This document shows, piece by piece, positions 19,533-27,647 of a DNA stretch of 64,000 nt. This DNA comes from a virus. The notes beneath the pieces are model-generated. The model had not been told where the DNA came from, ran no database searches, and saw only the letters and a program-made list of their open reading frames with translations. Each line of letters begins with the position of its first letter. The stretch's first letter is position 1. Position numbers and translations under genes: made by a program. The stretch spans positions 3 through 64,002 of IMG/VR virus record IMGVR_UViG_3300028534_000015. One strand, 5' to 3'.

Positions 19533-20009
19533 TTACAATAATCCTAAAATATTTTTATGGTATTGTATTTCTTCTTCTATCAAATTTAAATCAAGATTGA
19601 AACCACATCGTTTCTCTAGTATCTTTATTACCTCTTGATTAACAGTGATAGATGTTTCCGAAATTATGTCAGTTACGTCAAACTCATTAGCGTAGACGAT
19701 ATCAAAACCATAATTTAACAGCTCTGAAATATCAGAACATGTGTTTTCAAACGTATTATCCGTGGATAACTGAAAACACGGATGGAAACCAAAACCGTCA
19801 TCTAGTAAAATAGCAGTTTTTACAGCTGTATTTATAATAACAATTTCTTTTCCATTCTCAAAAGTATAGGAAGAGAATTTACCTCTTCCTATAATAATTT
19901 CTTTTGTGTGTGGATTTACCACACACGCTTCTATAGACCCGTTTACGTTAACAGATCTATAGGTGGAAGATTCATAATTAAATCCTCCTAAATGTATTAC
20001 GAAAAACAT
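19533..20009 (-). CDS. Hypothetical early protein
   Basis: 158-aa ORF directly behind early leader copy B. Confidence 0.7.
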   Translation of the reverse strand: MFFVIHLGGFNYESSTYRSVNVNGSIEACVVNPHTKEIIIGRGKFSSYTFENGKEIVIINTAVKTAILLDDGFGFHPCFQLSTDNTFENTCSDISELLNYGFDIVYANEFDVTDIISETSITVNQEVIKILEKRCGFNLDLNLIEEEIQYHKNILGLL

Positions 20010-20116
20010 AATATCTCCTTTTTATGTATTCTGAATTATAAGTTCTTTTTTTTTTATTAAGAACACCTTAGCTTAAACTAATAAAATAATATATAAACAA
20101 AAAAAAAAGAGATATC
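20010..20116 (-). promoter_or_regulatory. Early promoter plus leader cassette, copy B
   Basis: TTGTTTATATATTAT (20086-20100), AGTTTAAGCTAAGGTGTTCTT..AAGAACTTATAATTCAG, AAGGAG SD. Confidence 0.75.
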
Positions 20117-20140
20117 CGTAGTGGTTCACAAACCACTACG
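20117..20140 (-). terminator. Terminator of 20126..21034
   Basis: cgtagtggtt/aaccactacg 10-bp stem, U-run on the minus strand. Confidence 0.75.
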
Positions 20141-21034
20141 TTCTAACTGAATAAAAGGATTTTTAAACCCATATTCCAGATGCTTCAAAGTAAAATCTAA
20201 AGGTTCTTTTAAGTGTCCGTCAGATTCTATAAATCGACATCTCTCTAAGAGATAAATGTCAAAATTATCATTTTTAAACATACTGGTATTTCTTTCTATA
20301 GCGTTTTCCATATGTTCTCCAAAGTATTGCACACCAAATAGATATCTAATAGCTGACAAACCCAAAACCCTTCTAAGTAATTTTAATTTATCTTTTTTAT
20401 TTTTTGGTATTTCTACAGAATATCCTAACGTCATAGTATCTTCTATAATCTTCATGGTATTTTTCCTAGGACTTTTAGAATAAGAAAGTTCTCGAATGTA
20501 TTTACTAAATGTAACATTGTAGTTATTTTTTAGTAAAAGATATTTTAATCCAGTATATGATGTATAATCGCCATATTTGAACAACTTATATAGGTTTAGG
20601 TTAAATTCTCTTATCCTATGTGTTTCTTCTGTATAAAGTGTGTTTATACAGTGCTGGTGAAACTTCCATAAAAAAGCAGAAGATTCATGTTCTAAAAAAT
20701 TTTTATAGAATCTGACATTATTCTCATTAGTGTTTTCTTTTCCGTCTGAAATAAAATCTGATCTCTTTAGTACAATGAACTTTCTTAACATATAAAACTC
20801 TGCTATGTTAGGTTTGAAATTTATAGTTAAATCATCTATATCCAGAAGCCATTCTTCAAAGTCCTTAAAAAATAGATTTCTCCTTTTGTCAGTTCTTTCT
20901 GATTTATATAATGCATTCAAAAGTGCTTTGTAATTTTTGAATGTTTTAGGTCTGTTCATCTCATTCGCAAACGCTACAGTTAAACCAAACAGAATTTCAT
21001 TATCTAATCCTAGGTACTTTATAGTATTAATCAT
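20126..21034 (-). CDS. Hypothetical early protein
   Basis: 302-aa basic/aromatic ORF with AGGAG SD. Confidence 0.7.
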   Translation of the reverse strand: MINTIKYLGLDNEILFGLTVAFANEMNRPKTFKNYKALLNALYKSERTDKRRNLFFKDFEEWLLDIDDLTINFKPNIAEFYMLRKFIVLKRSDFISDGKENTNENNVRFYKNFLEHESSAFLWKFHQHCINTLYTEETHRIREFNLNLYKLFKYGDYTSYTGLKYLLLKNNYNVTFSKYIRELSYSKSPRKNTMKIIEDTMTLGYSVEIPKNKKDKLKLLRRVLGLSAIRYLFGVQYFGEHMENAIERNTSMFKNDNFDIYLLERCRFIESDGHLKEPLDFTLKHLEYGFKNPFIQLERSGL

Positions 21035-21078
21035 AGTTTCTCCTTTTTTATAAAAAAAATAATTATTATCGGAGAGAA

Positions 21079-21693
21079 TTATCTCTCCAAGTAGTCGTGA
21101 ATCGACACCTCTTTAATTTCGAATCCTTTTTCGACAAGCCAGTCTTTAATAGACATGTCCCCATCAAATAGAGGTTCTCTAACAACATGCGCAGCGCCAA
21201 TAGCGATAGTCGGACATCTTCCAGACTCAATAGCGTCTAGTATGTCAAACCTCCATTCATGGTCTCTTAAGTATACAGAGTGATCTGTATAAGGATCCAT
21301 TTGAATGTAAGTATTCATTTCCTTAACGAAACCTTCTCCGGCCAAGAACGCATTCTCAACTTTTTGTTGTTGTTTAATGAAGCGTTCTTTATCGTCTTCA
21401 GGAAGTTGCGATGAAAGATGCTTCATGTATTCATCTATATCCTTTTGCGAATCTAGATTCAACACAAACTCACCCATCCTAGAGAATACGATATCCATAG
21501 GCAGTTCCCTGTTAGGAAACTTGTCAAGGACATTCGGATCGGACAAACTATGTTTCATTTGCTCATAACGAACTTCCAATATCATCAGCTCACTAAAGTC
21601 AACGATTATATTGCTGACTTCATCATTCAGTTTAACCGAATGAATAGTCGGGATAAGTCTTCCGACAATAGCGTTATTTTTTAATGATTTCAT
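21079..21693 (-). CDS. TraB/GumN (Tiki-like) family metalloprotein; natural N-terminus appears frameshifted (SD-linked ATG at 21703)
   Basis: PTIH, LRDHEW, IAIGAAHV..L..KGFEI motifs of the TraB/GumN family. Confidence 0.75.
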   Translation of the reverse strand: MKSLKNNAIVGRLIPTIHSVKLNDEVSNIIVDFSELMILEVRYEQMKHSLSDPNVLDKFPNRELPMDIVFSRMGEFVLNLDSQKDIDEYMKHLSSQLPEDDKERFIKQQQKVENAFLAGEGFVKEMNTYIQMDPYTDHSVYLRDHEWRFDILDAIESGRCPTIAIGAAHVVREPLFDGDMSIKDWLVEKGFEIKEVSIHDYLER

Positions 21694-21703
21694 AAATTTT
21701 CAT

Positions 21704-21810
21704 AGTGTCTCCTTTTAATTTTTTATGTATTTACCTATGAAAATAAATACAAAGAATAAGTTCCAAACGGAACACCTTAGTTTAAACTATAAGTATAAGG
21801 TTAACTGTTT
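21704..21810 (-). promoter_or_regulatory. Leader cassette, copy E (variant promoter)
   Basis: ATAGTTTAAACTAAGGTGTTCC-GTTT-GGAAC and TGTATTTA-TTTTCATAGG-TAAATACA hairpins; upstream TATACT instead of the ATATTAT motif. Confidence 0.65.
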
Positions 21811-21857
21811 ATTTTTTTAATATAAAAAATAACACCAAGGGTCCGTTATTACGATCC

Positions 21858-22550
21858 TTAGTTATCTACTTCGTATGTCTCTAAAATCTTTCCAGAGTAG
21901 ATCATAACCTCATATACGCTTATACCCAATTCTTCTAACAGATAAGAGTCGAAAATTATTTTTTCCAGATAAGGCGCTTTGTTAAAATTTATCGATATAT
22001 TCGATAATGATTCATCTAGTCTAGAATCGATTCTAGTGACAATATATTTTTTATCACGAATATTAAATAATTCGTGTTTAATCGTCTCTAAATCAAAATC
22101 ATCAAAGACAACATCAACAAACACTTCTGGGTCATTCGGACAAAAGCACATATCAACTGTAGGTAAATATAACCTTTTTGACGACTCTTTAAACAAGACG
22201 TCCAGTAATCCGTAGTCTAAATTTTTTATCTGAACGGCTCTTATTTTTGGTATAGTAACAAGAATATTTTGTATCTTCTTATTTTTGTAATCGTATGATA
22301 CATGTATACTTGTATCAAATGACATTTTAATTATTTTATGAACTATAGTTTCTGTTTTATTAGAAGAATATTCAATTTTTGGAACAAAAAATGATATACT
22401 TTGTGTGTCATCAAAATTTATAACATCATCATTGATGAAAATTGTTTTTCCGTCAAGACGTTTATTTTCATCATAAACATCGACAGAAATCTTTGTTCTT
22501 GAAACAACCGCTTTTACTTCAATCATTTCTTCTTTTAAAATTAATCTCAT
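21858..22550 (-). CDS. Hypothetical early protein
   Basis: 230-aa ORF with AGGAG SD. Confidence 0.7.
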   Translation of the reverse strand: MRLILKEEMIEVKAVVSRTKISVDVYDENKRLDGKTIFINDDVINFDDTQSISFFVPKIEYSSNKTETIVHKIIKMSFDTSIHVSYDYKNKKIQNILVTIPKIRAVQIKNLDYGLLDVLFKESSKRLYLPTVDMCFCPNDPEVFVDVVFDDFDLETIKHELFNIRDKKYIVTRIDSRLDESLSNISINFNKAPYLEKIIFDSYLLEELGISVYEVMIYSGKILETYEVDN

Positions 22551-22568
22551 CTCTTTCTCCTTATATTG

Positions 22569-23195
22569 TTAAATACCAATAGCTATTGTGTTGTTATAAC
22601 TACTAAAAGCTATAATTCCCTCGTAGATCAGCATTCCTTCAACGTATCTTTTGAAATCCATATCATCAAAAACGTATCTTAATATTGCTTTTTCTCTACT
22701 AAACAGAATCATTAACATAACTTTTTTGAAAACATCAAACATCTTTACAAAGTCGCTTTCATTTTCGCCAAACCATAAGGTTTCTCTACCAATAGCTATT
22801 TTAAATCCTCCCTCTTTTAAAGTAACAGATATTTTTAACACTGAAAAATTAAAATCTATAATCATATTATGTAAATTATGTCTAACAGCTATTAAGTTAG
22901 ACTTTAATTTGAGCAGATTTCTTGATAGTTTTATCTCATGTGTAATTTCAAATTTAATACGTCCTTCCGAAGGATAATACAAAAGTTCTCCGTCAATAGG
23001 AGAAACTTCGTAAAAAATAGTCACCTTTTTTTTAAAAATTATTTTATTAATATCTCTTCCCTTAAACAAAAATATCTTTGGTGACTCATTTTCAATATAC
23101 TTTAACGCAATCTCTGTCTCTAAGTCTTCTAGACTTAGTGGCATTTTTCTATGAAATGCCGCGCCATTTTCCAATTTTATAACTACACTCTTCAT
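22569..23195 (-). CDS. Hypothetical early protein
   Basis: 208-aa ORF behind leader copy D. Confidence 0.7.
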   Translation of the reverse strand: MKSVVIKLENGAAFHRKMPLSLEDLETEIALKYIENESPKIFLFKGRDINKIIFKKKVTIFYEVSPIDGELLYYPSEGRIKFEITHEIKLSRNLLKLKSNLIAVRHNLHNMIIDFNFSVLKISVTLKEGGFKIAIGRETLWFGENESDFVKMFDVFKKVMLMILFSREKAILRYVFDDMDFKRYVEGMLIYEGIIAFSSYNNTIAIGI

Positions 23196-23319
23196 AGTTT
23201 CTCCTTTATGTATTTTAAACTCTATAACCTATGAAATTATAGAGTAATATAAGTTCTTTTATAGAACACCTAACTGTTAACTGCTTTAATAATATACAAA
23301 TAAAAAAAAATCCGATATC
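23196..23319 (-). promoter_or_regulatory. Early promoter plus leader cassette, copy D
   Basis: TTATTTGTATATTAT (23289-23303), GTTCT-ATAAA-AGAAC and ACTCTATAA-TTTCATAGG-TTATAGAGT hairpins, AAGGAG SD. Confidence 0.7.
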
Positions 23320-23375
23320 ATTTTTATTAGTTCTTTTTAAATTAGAAAGAAAGAGAATAAAAAAGGGATTGCTAT

Positions 23376-25511
23376 ATGTCAGAAAATCCATTTATGAGAG
23401 ATTCTTTAAAAGACTATAAACAATATGTTTCTCCTTTTAAAGAGTATAAAGACGGCGCTGTTACGTACGTCACAAAGATGTTAGGTCTTGATAGAGAGGC
23501 AGCGGATTACTATGTTACACAGGTATTAAAAGAGAGTTCTATAAAAGATCCAGAAATTGAGTTTGTTGCGAGAGACTCAAAAACTTTCGACGCAGTCAGA
23601 AAAAAAGGCTCATTATTAAAATACATAGAAAGAACAAAAAATAATAATGAGATTTTTGCTCCGTCACTTACAACATATTTACACCCAACAAAATTAGAGT
23701 CTTTTCAAAAACAGTTTATTCAGAATAACCTGTCTAAGAGAACAGTAACTAAGAAGAAGATGGCCGAAGCAAAAATAGATGGAAGACATGATGATTTTGT
23801 TTATTATAATGTACTTCAGAAAGTACTTAAGATTTTTAATAACGCATTATCTGGAGCATATGCTGTAGGATCAACAGCGCTCTTTAATCCGTCTGCACAT
23901 TATACACTTACTTCAACAACAAGGTCAGTAGCTTCTATTGGTAATGCAGTTACTGAAATGATGGTGGCTGGTAATAGATATTATAAAGACTACGATACAG
24001 TTATAGAAGCAATCTCTATGACTATCACATATGCTGATTTAAAAGCAATTAAGAAAGCGATTAAGAAGTTTAAACTACATATTCCTACAGTAGAAGAGAT
24101 GATGGAAGTCACGTTACGATCATCTAGACTCTACTGGAAGTCTAAAGAAAAAGAAGAAAATATTGCGAAGTATCTTTCTAAACTAAATGAAGAAGAGAGA
24201 TGTGCGTATACGTATATTAATGACTTCTATCATCTTAGAAAATTCAACGATAAATTAGCACGTTCGTTATTAGGTTCTCTTTCTAAACGATGTACTGGAG
24301 ATTATGACTTTGAAGATTACAGTGTTCTTTTTGAATCTGAAGAATTTGTTCTTAATACAGCATATCATGTTTGTTCAAGAGATTTTGAAGGAAAGAAAGC
24401 AGACTTTGAGGTTCTAAAAGATCAACCAGAAATGGACGCTCTCGTTTCTACAGTTAAAAATATTAACAGAGTTATGAGTGCCGCTGGAGATCTTATTAGA
24501 CCATTATTCTGTTCAGATATTATGCCTATACATATATCTGATATGAAAGATGTGTTAAGAAGAGCGATTGTACTGTCTGATACCGATAGTACCTGCGGAA
24601 CTTATGAGGAATATATTAAATGGTATTATGGCGCTTACGTATTTACGCCAGAATCTATTGCGCTATCTGCTGCTATTATGATGATTAATGGAGAAACTAT
24701 TTCTCATTTCTTAAAAGTATTGACAGCTAACATGAATGTTGAGCTTTCTGTTAGGGACATTTTGTCTATGAAAAATGAGTTCTTTTGGCCTATTATGACG
24801 CCAGCAAATGTTTCAAAACATTATTACGCAGGAGTTAAAATTCAAGAGGGAAGAGTATATAAAGAACTCGATAGAGAATTAAAAGGTGTTCATTTACATG
24901 CCAATAAGATACCTATTAAATATAAACAGAAAGTATTAGAGCTTATAAATCATATTGAGGATACTTTAACATCTGGAAATAAACTTGTCTTGAGTCAAAT
25001 AATCAACGGTGTTATACAATTAGAGGACGAAGTTCTAAAAGACCTAAGAAATCTTAAAACATCGCCATTAAAAGTAGCTAAAATTAAACCGCATAAAGAA
25101 TATACGCTAGATGAAGAAGAGAGTAAATACAGATATCATATTCTATGGAATAAAATCTTTGCAGAAAAATATGGAAAAATAAGAGAACCAGAATATACAA
25201 CATACGAAATACCTATTAAATTAAAAAAGAAAAAAGATATAAAAGAATTTATAGAAAATGGGAATGGATGTCCTATTATAAGAAAGAAGCTAGGTGAACT
25301 TATTTTAAAACAATTCTCTAATGGTGTAGAAACATTACCTATTCCGCAAGATATAGGTATTGATAAAGGTATTCCAGAAGAACTGCTCACTGTTTTAGAT
25401 TATAGAAAAACAGCCACACTAGCTTTGAAACCGTTTTATATTATTCTAGAAACTATAGGTATTTATAGACACCCGGAAATGTTATTAACAGAATATATCA
25501 ACATGAAGTAG
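23376..25511 (+). CDS. Split family-B DNA polymerase, subunit carrying motifs B and C (phiKZ gp50-like)
   Basis: KVLKIFNNALSG (motif B) and VLSDTDST (motif C); APSLTTYLHP; KGVHL. Confidence 0.85.
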   Translation: MSENPFMRDSLKDYKQYVSPFKEYKDGAVTYVTKMLGLDREAADYYVTQVLKESSIKDPEIEFVARDSKTFDAVRKKGSLLKYIERTKNNNEIFAPSLTTYLHPTKLESFQKQFIQNNLSKRTVTKKKMAEAKIDGRHDDFVYYNVLQKVLKIFNNALSGAYAVGSTALFNPSAHYTLTSTTRSVASIGNAVTEMMVAGNRYYKDYDTVIEAISMTITYADLKAIKKAIKKFKLHIPTVEEMMEVTLRSSRLYWKSKEKEENIAKYLSKLNEEERCAYTYINDFYHLRKFNDKLARSLLGSLSKRCTGDYDFEDYSVLFESEEFVLNTAYHVCSRDFEGKKADFEVLKDQPEMDALVSTVKNINRVMSAAGDLIRPLFCSDIMPIHISDMKDVLRRAIVLSDTDSTCGTYEEYIKWYYGAYVFTPESIALSAAIMMINGETISHFLKVLTANMNVELSVRDILSMKNEFFWPIMTPANVSKHYYAGVKIQEGRVYKELDRELKGVHLHANKIPIKYKQKVLELINHIEDTLTSGNKLVLSQIINGVIQLEDEVLKDLRNLKTSPLKVAKIKPHKEYTLDEEESKYRYHILWNKIFAEKYGKIREPEYTTYEIPIKLKKKKDIKEFIENGNGCPIIRKKLGELILKQFSNGVETLPIPQDIGIDKGIPEELLTVLDYRKTATLALKPFYIILETIGIYRHPEMLLTEYINMK

Positions 25512-25546
25512 ATTTTAAACTGAAACTAAAATAAGGTAGTAAAAGT

Positions 25547-25807
25547 ATGTTTGAAAAACTTTGTATAAACACAAGAGTGAAACGTATTGTGTGTTATATG
25601 TTTCTAGGGTTTATTTCAGCGTGGGGTGTTATGTTATTTGTAGCACCAATACACGCTATCTGTTTAACCTTCATAATGGGCTTATTTAACGAGTATTATT
25701 TGTATATGAGGAATATATCTTCCAAGTCTCATTTTGCCCTGTTCTCGACTCAAATAGGGTCTATTCTAGCAATTCTTATTAATGGTTCTTTACCGTTAAT
25801 AATTTAA
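25547..25807 (+). CDS. Small membrane protein
   Basis: 86 aa, about three hydrophobic helices. Confidence 0.5.
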   Translation: MFEKLCINTRVKRIVCYMFLGFISAWGVMLFVAPIHAICLTFIMGLFNEYYLYMRNISSKSHFALFSTQIGSILAILINGSLPLII

Positions 25808-25829
25808 AATAAAAAAAAAGGATTTTTAA

Positions 25830-26348
25830 ATGTTGAATTATACATATATAGAAGACAGAGTTTTGGCATCTGTCTTTCTAGACAATCTACCTAACTATGG
25901 ATACGATAGAGTGTCATATTTTAAAATTAGTGATGAAGTAGTGGTTAAAGACAAATTACTTTCAGGTGAGTTTCTTGTCAAAGGACAGGTAGTTCTTATT
26001 AAAAGTTCTAATGCCGATAATGAATTTGGAAAAGTCCCAGCAATAGTTCGATCTATAAGAACACTAACAGATTCCGTTGAGTATAGACTATATCCTTTAG
26101 TCGGTGATTTTAGCAATATTGCTAATTATGATACAACAGTAAATGATATTGTTTTTAATTCGTTACATACACCTGAACGAATTGAAGTTTACGATGAGTC
26201 ATTGAATGGTGTTATATCTGCAATAATCGCAACAGGATTAGGGTCTGAAAATATTGTAGACACACTATATGTTAAGTTAGGTGTAGAAAGGTTGTTTGTG
26301 TTAGATCTGTCTGATGAAGATAATCCTAAGTTTGTTTCTGTTTTATAA
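25830..26348 (+). CDS. Hypothetical protein
   Basis: 172-aa ORF with AAGGA SD. Confidence 0.65.
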   Translation: MLNYTYIEDRVLASVFLDNLPNYGYDRVSYFKISDEVVVKDKLLSGEFLVKGQVVLIKSSNADNEFGKVPAIVRSIRTLTDSVEYRLYPLVGDFSNIANYDTTVNDIVFNSLHTPERIEVYDESLNGVISAIIATGLGSENIVDTLYVKLGVERLFVLDLSDEDNPKFVSVL

Positions 26349-26370
26349 AAAAAAAAGATTTGAATAACGT

Positions 26371-26398
26371 CAAGGAACACACTCTAGTGTGTTCCTTG
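26371..26398. terminator. Terminator between convergent genes
   Basis: caaggaacacac/gtgtgttccttg 12-bp stem. Confidence 0.7.
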
Positions 26399-26399
26399 G

Positions 26400-27512
26400 T
26401 TATCTACTCAATAAGATTTGACGAACTTTCGCCTCATCCCTGAGTAGTTTTCTGAAAGCTTTTTTCTCCCATTTTTTGGCTTTCCGTGATTCGATAAGCC
26501 ATTTAAGGAACCTCTTAGAGTATTTATAATCTCTATATGATTTCCCTTTTGGGACCTCAAAATCAGAAAAATTAAGTTTCTCAACTTCAACTCCTCTGAA
26601 TTTTTTTACAACTGCGGTCGTTGTCTTTTTGACAAAGTCCTTTTTCTCCTTTTCAGGAGATTCGAATAAAGCGTAGTATGCCTTATCCGTATATTGCGGT
26701 CGCCCGGCGCGACCTATTTTTTGTTGGACGATTTCCCAATCGTCCCACTCGTTATAGACAACTATAACAGCATCGGCCGGGAAGTTGACTCCTTGTGCCA
26801 AGACGTTGCTTGACACAACTAATTCAAGTTCTCCGTTACGGAACTTGATTTGTGTCTCAAGTCGTTTTGACGTTGGGACGTTCGCCGATATAAAATCGGC
26901 TTTGTCCTTGTCTATTCCAAGACGAAGACACCAATCAAATACAGTGTCCTCGTCTGGGGCGTATTTTGTGAAGACGAGTATTGTATTAATCTCGCCTTCA
27001 CTTTTAAGTCTGTTGATTTCATCAACAGACACTTCTTTTTTTGACACCGTTTTGAACGGTGTCAATTTTATTTCTTCTATCTGAAGAAGTTCCTTAACTT
27101 CTTCAGATAGAGTGTCTGTTGCGGTAAGGAGTATAACCTCCTTACCGCTGTTTTTAAACTCAATAATATTATTGAGTAACATTAACCCTCTTTGAGGGTC
27201 GTTGATAAAATGACACTCATCAACGATAAGAGTGTCATACTCATCTGTTTGAAAACCAGAGAGGTTTTCAAATACAACGACAGCGTTCCCGCCGTTGTTG
27301 ATATGTACCTCTCCAGTTTCGATAGTCTTTATGGACTTGTAGTCCATAAAGACTTCATAAGCCAACTGTCGTGTTGGTACCGCAATTATAAAGCGGTCGC
27401 TTTCTGTGACCGCTTTGAATGTTTTGCCAGAGCCAGTCCCGCCGGTATATAAAACCGTACGAGACTTTTTATAGAGTTTTTTAAGTTCTATCTCTTTATT
27501 AATAAAATTCAT
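26400..27512 (-). CDS. Compact SF2 (DExH, Ski2-like) helicase
   Basis: TGSGKT, IVDECH, LTAT, LAQGVNFPA, QKIGRAGR motifs. Confidence 0.9.
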   Translation of the reverse strand: MNFINKEIELKKLYKKSRTVLYTGGTGSGKTFKAVTESDRFIIAVPTRQLAYEVFMDYKSIKTIETGEVHINNGGNAVVVFENLSGFQTDEYDTLIVDECHFINDPQRGLMLLNNIIEFKNSGKEVILLTATDTLSEEVKELLQIEEIKLTPFKTVSKKEVSVDEINRLKSEGEINTILVFTKYAPDEDTVFDWCLRLGIDKDKADFISANVPTSKRLETQIKFRNGELELVVSSNVLAQGVNFPADAVIVVYNEWDDWEIVQQKIGRAGRPQYTDKAYYALFESPEKEKKDFVKKTTTAVVKKFRGVEVEKLNFSDFEVPKGKSYRDYKYSKRFLKWLIESRKAKKWEKKAFRKLLRDEAKVRQILLSR

Positions 27513-27616
27513 ATAATATCTCCTTTTTATGAATTCTAAATTATAAGTTCTTTTTTATTAAGAACGTCTTAGTTTAAACTATTAAAATAATATATAAACA
27601 AAAAAAAAGAGATATC
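27513..27616 (-). promoter_or_regulatory. Early promoter plus leader cassette, copy C
   Basis: TTGTTTATATATTAT (27587-27601), AGTTTAAACTAAGACGTTCTT..AAGAACTTATAATT, AAGGAG SD. Confidence 0.75.
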
Positions 27617-27647
27617 ACTCACGCTAACGCATGAGTGATTAATAGAG

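Noticed and set aside
18-27616. Repeated intergenic elements considered as a CRISPR array or IS ends
   Set aside because: Copies are dispersed kilobases apart, each upstream of an SD and gene; no regular spacers, cas genes or transposase
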